64,000 nucleotides of DNA from Chloroflexota bacterium. GTDB lineage: Bacteria; Chloroflexota; Dehalococcoidia; Lucifugimonadales; JADFKI01. The notes under the pieces were generated by a model. It saw only the letters and a list, made by a program, of their open reading frames with translations, was not told where the DNA came from and searched no databases. Shown piece by piece: positions 36,591 through 46,920 of this stretch. Each line of letters starts with the position of its first letter. Positions within the stretch are counted from its first letter, which is position 1. The DNA lies in NCBI GenBank assembly GCA_027623195.1, contig JAQBUT010000013.1, positions 13,300-77,299 of the forward strand, read 5' to 3'. The translations under genes were made by a program, and so were the position numbers.

Positions 36591-37376
36591 TTGGAGATCG
36601 ATTTGAGACTTGAAAACAAGGTTGCGCTGATCACCGGCGCGGCGTCTGGAATGGGCCGTGCTGCGGCGGAGTTATTTGCTGCCGAGGGCGCCAAGGTAGT
36701 CATGCTAGGCCGACGTCAGGCGCAGGGCGAGGAAGTTGCCGGAGTGATTACTGCCAACGGCGGGGACGCTATCTTCGTTCGCGCGGATATCTCAGTGGAA
36801 GATGACGTGCGCCGGGCCGTGGAAGCGGCTGTAGGCAAATACGGCAAGCTGGACGTTCTTTTTAACAACGCTGGGATCAATAAGACTGCCCAGGGACGGC
36901 CCGACGAAGAGCCCACCGATAGCTGGGACCAGATTATGGGAGTGAACCTTCGCGGGGCTTACTTCTGTATCAAAAACGCAGTGCCGGAGATGCGGAAGGC
37001 AGGCGGCGGGTCAATCATCAACAACTCGTCGGTGCTGGATAGCCAGGCAGATGACAACTCGGCAGCCTCGTACCACGCCTCAAAGGGGGGACTCACCGCT
37101 TTGACGTTGAAATGCGCAGTCGTCTACGCCGAGGACAACATCAGGGCCAACTGCATTCAGCCAGGAGCCATTGCGACGGAGATGTCCAGAATTACCTGGG
37201 ACAACCTTGACGATCCGGATCTGATAGAACGGCGAAGCAAGGCCCAGCCCTTGAAAAGAATGGGACACCCCATGGATGTCGCCTATGCGGCCCTCTATTT
37301 TGCTTCTGACGAATCGGCCTTCGTTACGGGCGCCACCCTGCTGGTGGACGGCGGGCAGAGCGCGTCTTACAGGTAG
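36591..37376 (+). CDS. Short-chain dehydrogenase/reductase (SDR)
   Basis: 261 aa with ALITGAASGMGRA, NNAG and the catalytic YHASKGG. The start is either TTG 36591 or TTG 36603 (GGAGA RBS 5 nt upstream). Confidence 0.9.
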   Translation: MEIDLRLENKVALITGAASGMGRAAAELFAAEGAKVVMLGRRQAQGEEVAGVITANGGDAIFVRADISVEDDVRRAVEAAVGKYGKLDVLFNNAGINKTAQGRPDEEPTDSWDQIMGVNLRGAYFCIKNAVPEMRKAGGGSIINNSSVLDSQADDNSAASYHASKGGLTALTLKCAVVYAEDNIRANCIQPGAIATEMSRITWDNLDDPDLIERRSKAQPLKRMGHPMDVAYAALYFASDESAFVTGATLLVDGGQSASYR

Positions 37377-37385
37377 GAAACACAC

Positions 37386-37423
37386 AAAAAAAATGAACGC
37401 CGTTCAAACGGCGTTCATTTTTG
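37386..37423. terminator. Bidirectional rho-independent terminator
   Basis: AAAAAAAA-ATGAACGCCG-ttcaaa-CGGCGTTCAT-TTTT sits between the convergent SDR gene and the small membrane protein gene. Confidence 0.85.
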
Positions 37424-37461
37424 TACCCTTTAGGTCAGAACCTCTTGATTGGCCCCTTGTG

Positions 37462-37713
37462 TTAGATGACCTGCTTCACGACCACTGCTGCGTTTACGGA
37501 TAAGGTGATCAGGGCCGCGGTAACCAACGAGCCAGCGAACGTGTACAGGAAGAAGGCGCTGGCATCCAACACAGCCGATGCTCTGCGCTTCGGCAAGTAG
37601 ATGGCCGCGTGAAGAAACAGAGGCCGCGCGAGGTTCTGGGCCACTAGGACCAAAACCCAAGATATTGCGAAAACTGCTGCCAAGCCAAGGGTTACCTCTA
37701 GAATTAACATCAC
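37462..37713 (-). CDS. Small hydrophobic membrane protein
   Basis: 83 aa with 2-3 TM segments. A strong AAGGAGG RBS lies 6 nt upstream of the ATG. Confidence 0.55.
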   Translation of the reverse strand: MMLILEVTLGLAAVFAISWVLVLVAQNLARPLFLHAAIYLPKRRASAVLDASAFFLYTFAGSLVTAALITLSVNAAVVVKQVI

Positions 37714-38029
37714 CTGCCTCCTTTGTCTTATATATATTTTGGCTCCGCCAGAATTACAGGAGTGTTACGGCGTGCAGGCAGTTTTTTGACTTTTGCCTAT
37801 ACCAAATTTGAAGGCTAGGGATTTCCGTGTTCTAGATTGCCCCCGCATTGGATTCATAGGCATGGAACCTTCGTCCAAAAGCGTAATCGGAAAAATGGTA
37901 CCGGGACGATAGGACGGAAGCGGCCAGTTCCGTCATCCAGGACACCAGGAAATTCGGCCCATACGGATGCTACGCCGTTTATCAGGGGCGACGGGGCGTT
38001 TACCTTTAATACGCGAGCGCATGGTGTGA

Positions 38030-39469
38030 ATGGAAAATGGGGTAACGATAGAATTGATTTTGAGTTCGGCTATCTGGTGTAAGGCACGAAGCTTCGCAGT
38101 TTGGGTAGCGATATCAGCGATGGGTATTCTTGTCGTAACCGCGTGCGCGCTGCCAGGAGCTGGTTCTGGGCGAGGCAACGATGTGTTTGCGGCCCCGGCG
38201 GTCGCCCCGGCACAAGTCACCAAGTCAAATGACAGCTTCACTCTTAAGGAAGTTCAAAGATTCCTGGACCCGTCCGGCTCTGCTTTGCTCCAGGAGCCTT
38301 TACCTCGGTCTGGCGTCTTGCCATCTAATCCTGGGACTTTGGGGACGAAATTGTGGCTTCTGGCGCCAACGCCTACGTTTACCGCCGTGACTCAACCATT
38401 GCCGACGCCCCCAGCAGGTGAGCCTACGCCACCTATGCCATCACCAACCCCGGTGTGGACGCCAACCCCTGGAGTCGCGGCAACCCATACCCCGACGGCC
38501 GTGCCAATTCAGCATTCGCCCACAAGTACTCCTTCGCCGGAGAGTTCGCCAACGACCACCCCAACCGCAACATCGACACCGATGCCGGTAGAGTTCGTTA
38601 AGGCGCTTTCGATGGGCCAGTTGGTTTTCGGGGTGGATATATCGCCAGATGGGACCAAGCTGGCAGTAGCCTTAGGAAACAACAGGATAGAGGTGATGGA
38701 TGTTGAGTTGGGGACCTCTGCGGATCGTTTAAGAGAACACAACGACGCCGTCAATGACGTGGAGTATTCCCCCGACGGCATTCGCATGGTCTCGGCCTCG
38801 GATGACGAAAATGCCATACTGTGGATTCATTATGACCAGTGGGAGATTGACCGTGAGCTGGAGGATCACAGTGACCCTGTGAATGCCGCAACATTCTCTC
38901 CCGACGGCACAATAATAGCCACGGCGTCTAAGGACCAGGGCGTAGCTTTATGGTCTGTGGAAACAGGGAAACGTCTGTTGAGTATCAAAGGGCATAGCCA
39001 GTCTGTTAACGACGTAGCCTTCTCTCCCGACGGTTTGACTTTTGCGACGGTCTCAAGTGATCGTTCAGTGAAGCTGTGGAACGTGAGTGACGGCTCGTTC
39101 GTAAGAGAGTTTGAAGGCCACCAATCGTCGGTAAATGGGGTAGCCTTTTCTCCAGACGGCGCATTACTGGCCTCGGCAAGCGATAATGAAATTCGTCTTT
39201 GGAACGTTTCTGATGCTACGACTGCGCGGGTCATCCTGGGGCATGATGACCGCATCAACGTAGTGTTGTTTACGCCAGACGGCGCGACTCTGATCTCAGG
39301 GTCGGATGACAACACCGTGAGGCTTTGGCAGGTCAGCGACGGGCTGCCCATCCAGACGCTTTCGCAACACACCAGCGCCATAAAGGGCCTCAGCATCACC
39401 GATGACGGCAAGACGTTTGTTGTCGGTTCCCGGGATATGTCTGTTAGTGTCTGGAGATTTAGGGACTAG
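38030..39469 (+). CDS. Seven-bladed WD40 beta-propeller lipoprotein with Pro/Thr-rich linker
   Basis: The likely start is ATG 38120 (MGILVVTAC, lipobox VTAC). A PT-rich linker (PTPPAGEPTPPMPSPTPVWTPTPG...) is followed by seven repeats of the type GH...V..V.FSPDG..LAS.S.D..V.LW.V. Confidence 0.85.
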   Translation: MENGVTIELILSSAIWCKARSFAVWVAISAMGILVVTACALPGAGSGRGNDVFAAPAVAPAQVTKSNDSFTLKEVQRFLDPSGSALLQEPLPRSGVLPSNPGTLGTKLWLLAPTPTFTAVTQPLPTPPAGEPTPPMPSPTPVWTPTPGVAATHTPTAVPIQHSPTSTPSPESSPTTTPTATSTPMPVEFVKALSMGQLVFGVDISPDGTKLAVALGNNRIEVMDVELGTSADRLREHNDAVNDVEYSPDGIRMVSASDDENAILWIHYDQWEIDRELEDHSDPVNAATFSPDGTIIATASKDQGVALWSVETGKRLLSIKGHSQSVNDVAFSPDGLTFATVSSDRSVKLWNVSDGSFVREFEGHQSSVNGVAFSPDGALLASASDNEIRLWNVSDATTARVILGHDDRINVVLFTPDGATLISGSDDNTVRLWQVSDGLPIQTLSQHTSAIKGLSITDDGKTFVVGSRDMSVSVWRFRD

Positions 39470-39484
39470 GCAGACGGCTGCAGC

Positions 39485-40102
39485 CTAGCCTAAGGCCAGA
39501 GACGCCAAAATCGCCACGGCAAACCAACCCACAAATACCCACGCCACTGCCTTGTTGGGCCAGGGAATCCTCCTGAGCCAAGGCAAATCCCTCTGCCGAA
39601 GCGTGATCGCCAGCGCCGTCAAGGGAAGAAAAACAAGCGTCTCCCGAACGATAACTAAGACGTTGGACAGGCTCAACAGCGTTTCGATCCGGTACCCTCC
39701 ACTGGGCAATAATGCTATGGGGGCCTGGAGGCGTATGTCAGCCCAGGGCCACAACAGGCTGATGCTTCCCTTGTCACTTGAATCCACCATCATGGAGTCC
39801 AATACCAGGTGCGAGAAGTAAACAAGGAATAACATTGCGGCTGTGTGCATAGGACGGGGTACTTTGAACATGGCCAGCGCCAATAGCGAAACGAGGCCAA
39901 ATGCCAGCGCCACCGTCAGGCTGTGAGAGGCTCCGCGGTGAAACGCCCAGATGTTACCGACGAATAGGCCTCCTACCAGGTCTAAGTCCGCCAGCACGGC
40001 CACAACCGCCAGGACGACGCCCTGTTTTCTCTCTCGACTAGACCCGGCCATGCTCTGCGTTATAGCCAGGCCCACCAGATAGTGCCCAACAGGTGTAGCC
40101 AA
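39485..40102 (-). CDS. Membrane-bound metal-dependent hydrolase (YdjM/DUF457-like)
   Basis: 205 aa, polytopic. It has the N-terminal GHYLVG and LADLDL...FHRGASHSL motifs. Confidence 0.7.
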   Translation of the reverse strand: MATPVGHYLVGLAITQSMAGSSRERKQGVVLAVVAVLADLDLVGGLFVGNIWAFHRGASHSLTVALAFGLVSLLALAMFKVPRPMHTAAMLFLVYFSHLVLDSMMVDSSDKGSISLLWPWADIRLQAPIALLPSGGYRIETLLSLSNVLVIVRETLVFLPLTALAITLRQRDLPWLRRIPWPNKAVAWVFVGWFAVAILASLALG

Positions 40103-40367
40103 CCTTCCCCCCTTGTTACCTGTGCATCACATTAACCGCTACTGGCCACAATGAGCCGAGCAGCCTTGATCACATTATAAGAGTTGTCCGAATTTCAAGG
40201 CTACCAAAACTGGAATAGTCTTAGACAAGTTTGATTCCCAACATGCGACTGGCGACCGAAATGCAAGAAGTAAATGAGAAAAGTAAAAAAATAAAGTCTG
40301 CTTAAATGGCAAAAGGTCATTCGGAGCGGCTACAACGCACTTACGCCATTTCGATGGAGCCTTGTAA

Positions 40368-41177
40368 CTAGATGATGCTGGGACTGTCGTCGCGTGGCGT
40401 CCAGTCTTCCCCTGCGCCGTCCTGAGGCTGGTAACCAAGCACGTTCCCTGTGGTCTCTATATCCCATATGCTGAGAGCGTTGTCCGACTCTCCATTTACT
40501 ACTGTGAACCCTACCGACGACGGGGCGTCGATGCTTTTCTGTATGAGCTGTGCGGCATCGCGATGACTGAGCCATAGGGATAGCGATGGCGGTGAGAAAG
40601 TTGGATCGTCCGGCGTCATCACCCAGCCGATACGAAGGCAGATCACAGACAGGCCGTGGGCGTCATGAAAGTAGCTGCCCAACGCCTCTCCGAAGGCCTT
40701 GCTAACGCCGTAATAGCTGTCCGGACGGATTAGTTCCGTTGTGAGAGCAGGGAAAGGCCGTCGTATTTCGCTAAGCCTACCGTCGTATGCAGCCTTGTAC
40801 GGGTCCTGCTTGAGAGGGTAGTAGCCAACGACGTGGTTGCTGCTGGCGAACACAACGCGCTTCACCCCGGCGTCTCTGGCTGCTTCGAAAACGTTTCTGG
40901 TCCCGATTATGTTGTTATCCAGAATGGATTCCCAGGGGCCACGAGGGCTTGGGTCAGCGCCAAGGTGCACTACTACATCCACACCTTCAAAGGCTGGGCG
41001 TATGCCGTCGTAGTTGGAGATGTCGGCAACTGTGCTGGGCACGTCGTCCACTTGCACTCTATCCAGGCCGCTCAGCGCGTATCGATCACCCAGTTGCCTC
41101 CGAATGATGCCACCTATCTGGCCCGCCATGCCCGTGACCAGGACTCGCTTCTTGTCAGCCAAGACGTTCTCCTTCAA
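40368..41177 (-). CDS. NAD-dependent epimerase/dehydratase family protein
   Basis: VLVTGMAGQIGG is a Rossmann motif and YGVSK is the catalytic YxxxK. The likely true start is TTG 41162, 6 nt after AAGGAG. Confidence 0.85.
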   Translation of the reverse strand: MKENVLADKKRVLVTGMAGQIGGIIRRQLGDRYALSGLDRVQVDDVPSTVADISNYDGIRPAFEGVDVVVHLGADPSPRGPWESILDNNIIGTRNVFEAARDAGVKRVVFASSNHVVGYYPLKQDPYKAAYDGRLSEIRRPFPALTTELIRPDSYYGVSKAFGEALGSYFHDAHGLSVICLRIGWVMTPDDPTFSPPSLSLWLSHRDAAQLIQKSIDAPSSVGFTVVNGESDNALSIWDIETTGNVLGYQPQDGAGEDWTPRDDSPSII

Positions 41178-41267
41178 ATGTTTCTAATTGCTTTCATCTG
41201 CCCACGAGGCATTGCAAGCGGGCGGATAGCAATTATATAGCAGACTTGCGGCCTTAAATGTTTTGCG

Positions 41268-42578
41268 TCATTCGGGCGTAGCGCTCCTGGAAGGAGGCCT
41301 GGCTACCATAATGAGACCAGTCCCCAAAAGCGACAGCAGGAAGAATGCCGTGAACGCCCTGGAGTAGCTTAGAGTCAGGTCGAAGGCCAGCGCAGCTATG
41401 AGAGGTCCCAGTGCGAATCCGGCAACCTGAACGGCCCTGCTCACGCCGAATATCGTTCCTATTCGTCGCCGGCCGTAGTAGTTCGCCAGCATCAATGTGC
41501 CCAGAGTCCTTATGCCGCCCTCCGTGAATCCTTGTAGTGCGGCGTACAGATACGCCATGGCCGGAGTATCTGTTCTCAGCAGCAGCAGCAGGGTGCCGGC
41601 CCGGAGGGCGTAGTTAAGCGCCAGAAGGTATCTGGTGGAGTATCTGTCGGCAACCAAGGCCCACACCAGGTTGCTAATACCCGACGCCAGGAAACCTATG
41701 CTGACTGCCCCGACTGCTAAGGTCGCCGACAGCCCTTGCTGTACCAGGAAAGGCACCAGGTGAAGCCCGACGCCCGAGCTAGCGATCCCTACAGCGAATG
41801 TGGATACGAGAATGAGGGCCAACGCGGGGTGCCGCACGGCTTCCTTAAGTGTCCAATGCTCCTCATCGGCAATGGCGCTTCCTGAGGGCTGGGTCGGGCT
41901 ATCGCCGCTTCGAATGGGCAGCGGCAGGTCTCCGTCTATGGCCAGGCCCATGTCCTCAGGCTGACGCCTTACCAGAATTGCAGTGGGTATTACGCCAAAT
42001 ACCACCATGACTCCGGCCAGAATTAGCCAGGCAGCCCTCCAATGTATATTGTCCATTGTTAGCTGCACTACCAGCGGCAATATTACTCCGCCAACGGACG
42101 TAACGAAAAATAGGGTTGCCAGCGCTCGTCCTCGAAGTCGAAGAAACCATTTGGCAATGGCTGGCGCCGACGGAGGCTGAATGAATCCCTGGTCGGCCAA
42201 CCTTGCCAAGCCGAAAGCCAGGTAAAACCATAACAACGTCTGCATCGCCGCCAAATTCACCATGGCAACCACCACCATCAGGCCCCCGATTACCAGTGGT
42301 ATGCGGGCTCCAAAGCTATCAGTCAAACGCCCAGTCAGAAGGGCGGTGGCTGCGCCAAGGAGGGCTCCGAGACTGGTGGCGCCGGCTATCTCGGTACGGG
42401 ACCAACCGAACTCGTCGGCAAAAGGCAGAATGAAAACGGTGAGCACGCCTATGGTGGTTGCGCCGTTGGCAAAATTAATGCCGGACACGGCCGTCAAAAC
42501 GTGCCAGCCGGGGTAAACGTTACGTCGCGGATGCATTCTCATATAATCGACTGTGGCCTGCGTATATGCAACGGCCAT
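41268..42578 (-). CDS. MFS transporter
   Basis: 436 aa with about 12 TM segments and the loop motif GRLTDSFGAR. Confidence 0.85.
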   Translation of the reverse strand: MAVAYTQATVDYMRMHPRRNVYPGWHVLTAVSGINFANGATTIGVLTVFILPFADEFGWSRTEIAGATSLGALLGAATALLTGRLTDSFGARIPLVIGGLMVVVAMVNLAAMQTLLWFYLAFGLARLADQGFIQPPSAPAIAKWFLRLRGRALATLFFVTSVGGVILPLVVQLTMDNIHWRAAWLILAGVMVVFGVIPTAILVRRQPEDMGLAIDGDLPLPIRSGDSPTQPSGSAIADEEHWTLKEAVRHPALALILVSTFAVGIASSGVGLHLVPFLVQQGLSATLAVGAVSIGFLASGISNLVWALVADRYSTRYLLALNYALRAGTLLLLLRTDTPAMAYLYAALQGFTEGGIRTLGTLMLANYYGRRRIGTIFGVSRAVQVAGFALGPLIAALAFDLTLSYSRAFTAFFLLSLLGTGLIMVARPPSRSATPE

Positions 42579-42722
42579 TTGAGGTTGAATTGACGTTGGA
42601 TTTGGCCGCTGCTACACTCGCGCAGCGAAAGTATTAGTTAACGATATGGCGGCTTCCGTTTACGAAGTTGCGGTTATATTCGTAGACTCAGATTTTAGAT
42701 ATTTCAGAAACGGGGAGGGGAC

Positions 42723-43007
42723 ATGATTGGTGTATTAACTCACCATTGGGCCAAACAGGACAAAATTCAAGAGGCCAAAGACCTGCTGGACGGCAACGGC
42801 GAAGCCCAGAGCCGCGCTCCGGGATTTATTGGCCGGGAGACTTACTACTCTCTTAGCGACCCAACCAAGATTACAACGATGGTTAAGTGGGAGAGTAACG
42901 AGATATATGACCAGTGGAGGGCTAGTCCTGAGCGCGCGACCGCTATGTCTGGAGCAGATGCCCTCTGGTCCAAGGGCGCGGAATCTGAGCGATTTGAAGC
43001 GGTTTAG
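42723..43007 (+). CDS. Antibiotic-biosynthesis-monooxygenase (ABM) domain protein
   Basis: 94 aa with a ferredoxin-like pattern (GFIGRE.Y......KITTMVKWES...YDQW) and a GGGGAGGGG RBS. Confidence 0.7.
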   Translation: MIGVLTHHWAKQDKIQEAKDLLDGNGEAQSRAPGFIGRETYYSLSDPTKITTMVKWESNEIYDQWRASPERATAMSGADALWSKGAESERFEAV

Positions 43008-43066
43008 CCGATCGTAAATTTACGTGAAGGTCCCTCTCTCGTGAAAATGCGAGGGGCGGGCCTTTG

Positions 43067-43705
43067 CTATTGGTGCCTGGCGATATTGGGCCACTCTCTG
43101 CGCCAGCCACCCAGGCGCTCTATCATGGCTTCCTGCTCGATCATATGTATGATCTCCGCATACTTTAGGCCGCGAGAGGAAGAGTCCGATTTGGCGAGGC
43201 CCTCGTGCAGAAGTAGGGCATTTACCATGAGGTCACCGACGAAAACGTAGCGAAGGTGTCGGCCCATTCGGTCTACTTCTAATACGTCCTGTTCCAACAA
43301 GACCCTTCTGCCTTCTACGATTTCGCGATTGCGTTCCAAGGCCTCCACAGCGAAAGGCTCTGCACCAGACACCGGGCGCTTTAAATCGGGAGCGTCGATG
43401 CCGATGTAGCCCACCGTCATAAGCTTGCCGTCGACGAAAACCTCAATCGTATCTCCGTCAATTACCTTTGTCACTTCTGCTGAGGTAAGTTTCTTGGTCC
43501 GGTAAGCGCGCCCAGGTGAGTTTCTGGTAATTCGGTCCATAGCCTGAATTGTTCGCGCAGCGCCCACATCCTCAAATAAATGAGAAGCTTCGACCTCCTC
43601 CTTCTGTAACCAGGAATGCTTCGAATAGCTGGGCGCATTGTGGTAAATGCTCCAGGTGGCAACGCCGAAGAACATTACAGCGCAGAAAGCAATAACGAAT
43701 CGCAT
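43067..43705 (-). CDS. Membrane-anchored thermonuclease (SNase-like)
   Basis: 212 aa with an N-terminal TM. The motifs VIDGDTIEV, GIDAPD, FAVEA...N, D..GR.LRYV and NALLLHEGLAK are present. Confidence 0.85.
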   Translation of the reverse strand: MRFVIAFCAVMFFGVATWSIYHNAPSYSKHSWLQKEEVEASHLFEDVGAARTIQAMDRITRNSPGRAYRTKKLTSAEVTKVIDGDTIEVFVDGKLMTVGYIGIDAPDLKRPVSGAEPFAVEALERNREIVEGRRVLLEQDVLEVDRMGRHLRYVFVGDLMVNALLLHEGLAKSDSSSRGLKYAEIIHMIEQEAMIERLGGWRREWPNIARHQ

Positions 43706-43846
43706 ACTGGGATGATTACCTAATTTTCACTGAAAAACATCGTAGTAAGCCCCTAATTTTCGTATTTCTGTATCGTTATACGGCGCTGGTTGACGCCTGT
43801 ATAGGCGGGGAGTATGCTAACTTCACCCATACCAGGAGGCTCAAAA

Positions 43847-45556
43847 ATGCAAAATCAGCCCACTATAACCAACCTCGTGAAGGAAGAAGCCAGGGCGTCT
43901 GGCGGGATGGTTGCAGCCAAAGACCCTGCAGCCACCAGGGCGGGGCTGGAGATGCTAAGGAGCGGCGGTAACGCAGTGGATGCTGCGGTGGCGGTCTGCT
44001 TTGCCGTGGGCGTGGTGGAACCGGCCTCCAGCGGCATAGGGGGTGGAGGCTATCTGGTATACCAGATGGGACAGCAGGGTGGTGTCATTGGCTTCCCAAT
44101 GCGAGGTCCGTTGGCCGCGAAGCCAGACATGTTCCAGTTAACCGGCGAGGGCGCGGTAGGCAACTTCGGATGGCCGGCAGTTGCCAATAACGAGAATATT
44201 GAAGGATACCGATCTATTGCTACTCCGGGTGCCGTAGCGGGCCTTTGTGAGGCACATAAACGGTTCGGCAAGCTGCCGCTTAAAGATGTGGTGGCTCCTG
44301 CGGTGCGATTGGCCAGAGAAGGTCACGCGCCGGGTTGGCACAACCTGTACGCCATGGGCGTCTTGGCCGGGATGTTGTTCAAGTATGATGAGCTTCGTCG
44401 GGTACTGATGCCCGGAGATAATATGCCAACCGGCGACCTGGTAGAGCCAGCTAATCTCAAGCAGCCTGAGCTTGCCAACATCCTGGAGGCTATTGGCCAA
44501 CAGGGCCCTGATGCATTCTACAAGGGCGATTTTGCCCAGGCTATGACGTCAGACATTCAGGCCAATGGCGGAATCCTATCGATGGAAGACCTGGCGCAGT
44601 ACAAGCCCTTCGTGTGGGACAGGGGCCTGGAGATTTCGTACCGAGGTTACACAGTGCGGGTGCCGCCGTTCGCCAGCGCGGGCATCACCAGCGCCATGAC
44701 GTTGAAACTGCTTGATGGCTTCGACCTGGCGTCGATGGGGCACAATAGCGAGGAGATGCTGCACACGTACATCTCCTGCGCGCGACTGGCGTATGCCGAT
44801 CGCTTCGAGTATGTTGCCGACCCAGAGTTCGCCGACGTACCGTGGAACGGCCTGGTTTCCGATGCGTACCTCGCTCGCCGTCGCGCCGAGGTGGCGTCGA
44901 AGGCGCCTAACGCGTTCCTTCCGGGCGATCCTTGGCAGGAGGAAGGGCGGCGTCCTGAAAATGTGCTGGCCTCCAGCAGGCCATCGTTCGACAATGGAAC
45001 TACCCATCTATGCGTTATCGACGGCGATGGCAATGCTGTCTCCATGACAAACACCATAATGTCGGGCTTCGGTTCGGGCATCATTCCCAGGGGTACCGGC
45101 GTTGTCATGAATAACGGCATGATGTGGTACGACCCCGAGCCCGGTCGTGTCAACTCTATCGCCCCTGGAAAGTTCCCGCTGAACAATATGACTCCCGCGC
45201 TGGTCATGGACTCGGACGGAGTGAAGCTGGCATTGGGAGCCTCCGGAGGCCGGCGCATCACAAACTGCGTCACCCAGCAGATTGTTAAGATTCTGGACTT
45301 TGGCATGGGCCCCCAGGCGGCAATAGACTCTCCCAGGGTTGACTGTAGCATGCCATTCACCAGTGTCGACCCAAGACTAGATCCTGCCCTGATATCGGCA
45401 TTGGAGGGCAGGGGCCATTCACCCAAGGTAATTGGTGGCGGATTCGTGGAAACCGGGTTTGCCAGCTTTGCCAGTCCAGTGGCCATCTTGAAAGGCGACG
45501 ATGGGCTAACCGCTGGCGTGGACACATTCCATTCGGCATACGCCGAAGGCATTTAG
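43847..45556 (+). CDS. ggt: Gamma-glutamyltransferase
   Basis: ATG 43847 follows AGGAGG. It has GGNAVDAAVA, and the autoprocessing/catalytic Thr context is DNGTTHLCVIDGDGNAVSMTNTI. GASGG is also present. Confidence 0.92.
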   Translation: MQNQPTITNLVKEEARASGGMVAAKDPAATRAGLEMLRSGGNAVDAAVAVCFAVGVVEPASSGIGGGGYLVYQMGQQGGVIGFPMRGPLAAKPDMFQLTGEGAVGNFGWPAVANNENIEGYRSIATPGAVAGLCEAHKRFGKLPLKDVVAPAVRLAREGHAPGWHNLYAMGVLAGMLFKYDELRRVLMPGDNMPTGDLVEPANLKQPELANILEAIGQQGPDAFYKGDFAQAMTSDIQANGGILSMEDLAQYKPFVWDRGLEISYRGYTVRVPPFASAGITSAMTLKLLDGFDLASMGHNSEEMLHTYISCARLAYADRFEYVADPEFADVPWNGLVSDAYLARRRAEVASKAPNAFLPGDPWQEEGRRPENVLASSRPSFDNGTTHLCVIDGDGNAVSMTNTIMSGFGSGIIPRGTGVVMNNGMMWYDPEPGRVNSIAPGKFPLNNMTPALVMDSDGVKLALGASGGRRITNCVTQQIVKILDFGMGPQAAIDSPRVDCSMPFTSVDPRLDPALISALEGRGHSPKVIGGGFVETGFASFASPVAILKGDDGLTAGVDTFHSAYAEGI

Positions 45557-45566
45557 GCGGAGTGCT

Positions 45567-46004
45567 ATGCCGTCACTTAATTCCCAGCAGCTAAACGATT
45601 TCTTGACTACCGGTAGGCCCTTGATGAAGCTGGGCACCGTTGGCCCGGAGGGATGGCCGTATGTCTGTCCGCTCTGGTTCGATTACGACGGGCAGACCTT
45701 TACCGTTGCCGGACGCCAAAAGGCCAAATGGGTCGCAAACGTCAAGGCCAACTCGAAGGTCTCGGTATGCGTGGACACATATGACTCGCCTTATACCCGA
45801 GTCATAATGGAGGCCGATGCCGTTATCGAGGACGAGGCTTGGCTGCACTCTGCCCCAACCAGGGCGATACGTTACCTGGGCGAAGAGGAGGGGATGCGTT
45901 ACTTCAACAGCACCAAGAACGAGCCTCGATGCCTAATCAGGATAACGCCGCGGACCGTCAGCACGTGGACGGGTGGAGGCTGGCACCCCAAATATCGCGC
46001 CTGA
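45567..46004 (+). CDS. Pyridoxamine 5'-phosphate oxidase-family (split-barrel flavin/F420-binding) protein
   Basis: 145 aa. GTVGPEGWPYVCPLWFDYDG.TF.VAGR.KAKWVANV..N.KVSVCVD is typical of the PNPOx-like fold. Confidence 0.75.
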   Translation: MPSLNSQQLNDFLTTGRPLMKLGTVGPEGWPYVCPLWFDYDGQTFTVAGRQKAKWVANVKANSKVSVCVDTYDSPYTRVIMEADAVIEDEAWLHSAPTRAIRYLGEEEGMRYFNSTKNEPRCLIRITPRTVSTWTGGGWHPKYRA

Positions 46005-46086
46005 TTTTAGGTTTTTTGGGGGAAATAAGGGGCTAGTGGGCTCTGAACCAAATTGGCAAATTCCAGGTGCATGATATTTGGCCGGT

Positions 46087-46920
46087 TCAGGATTCTGGTG
46101 TCCAGCTAATTAATCCCTGCCTGCCGCGCCCTATATCTCTTACAACAAGCCCGTCCGGAGTCTCGACAAGCAGGTCCTCGACAGCCTTTTTCAAGCGCTC
46201 CTCCTCCTCCGTATCGGGCTTCACGTAAAGCCGTCCCAAAAGTTGATCGTGCGCTTCTTGCTGGCTTTCGAAGGTCTGAAGGGGTGAGGGCTCGAACATC
46301 TCAACGTCGGGGTATATGTCCATCTCCCAGAGCAGCGGCATCAGTTCTGACAGGCCGGGCATGTCGATGCGCTCCTCGCCGTGCACAGGAAGCCAGAATG
46401 GAGACATGCGGGAAATGGGCGCTCGCATGAAACACAGGATCATCACCTGTTCTTTAGCGTGCTCCGCCAGCTTGCGAATGAACGGCTCCGCATCAGCCAC
46501 GCCGTAAAGCACGTGGGCGCATATGACTACGTCGGCAGGTTCCACTTTCGCGTCTTCCCAAAGGCTTTGCACCACGGAGACATTGGTTATCTCTGACTGC
46601 TTCGCCTCCTCCTGAAGCTGCTCGATCATGCTCTGTGAAGGTTCGGCGACGGTGACGTGGGTCACCTTCAAGGCCAGCGGTAACGCGATGCGTCCTGCGC
46701 CGCCGCCTACGTCCAGCACAGTGGAATCAGCGCCGATTTTGGATGCGATCTTGTCCATTACCGGGTCGTCCGCGCGCCTAGGGTCCTGCCGGAAATATTG
46801 AGCGAAGGGTCGCCAGAAATCGCCGGACGACCAGTGAGCATCGGCCTGTACCTTCTCCGACTGCGCGTGGTGCGATTCTACCCGTTGTTTCCAGGATTCA
46901 ATTGCTGAAGTCAATTCCAC
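46087..46920 (-). CDS. Class I SAM-dependent methyltransferase
   Basis: 277 aa with motif I VLDVGGGAGRIALPLA and motif II DVVICAHVLY. Confidence 0.8.
   Translation of the reverse strand: MELTSAIESWKQRVESHHAQSEKVQADAHWSSGDFWRPFAQYFRQDPRRADDPVMDKIASKIGADSTVLDVGGGAGRIALPLALKVTHVTVAEPSQSMIEQLQEEAKQSEITNVSVVQSLWEDAKVEPADVVICAHVLYGVADAEPFIRKLAEHAKEQVMILCFMRAPISRMSPFWLPVHGEERIDMPGLSELMPLLWEMDIYPDVEMFEPSPLQTFESQQEAHDQLLGRLYVKPDTEEEERLKKAVEDLLVETPDGLVVRDIGRGRQGLISWTPES

Noticed and set aside
38380-38600. Repetitive Pro/Thr-coding DNA as a tandem repeat or CRISPR-like array
   Set aside because: It is an in-frame low-complexity linker of the WD40 lipoprotein, with no regular repeat-spacer periodicity at the DNA level.
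44647-45552. 301-aa minus-strand ORF
   Set aside because: It is antisense to the gamma-glutamyltransferase gene, which has unambiguous motifs. The ORF has no recognisable features.
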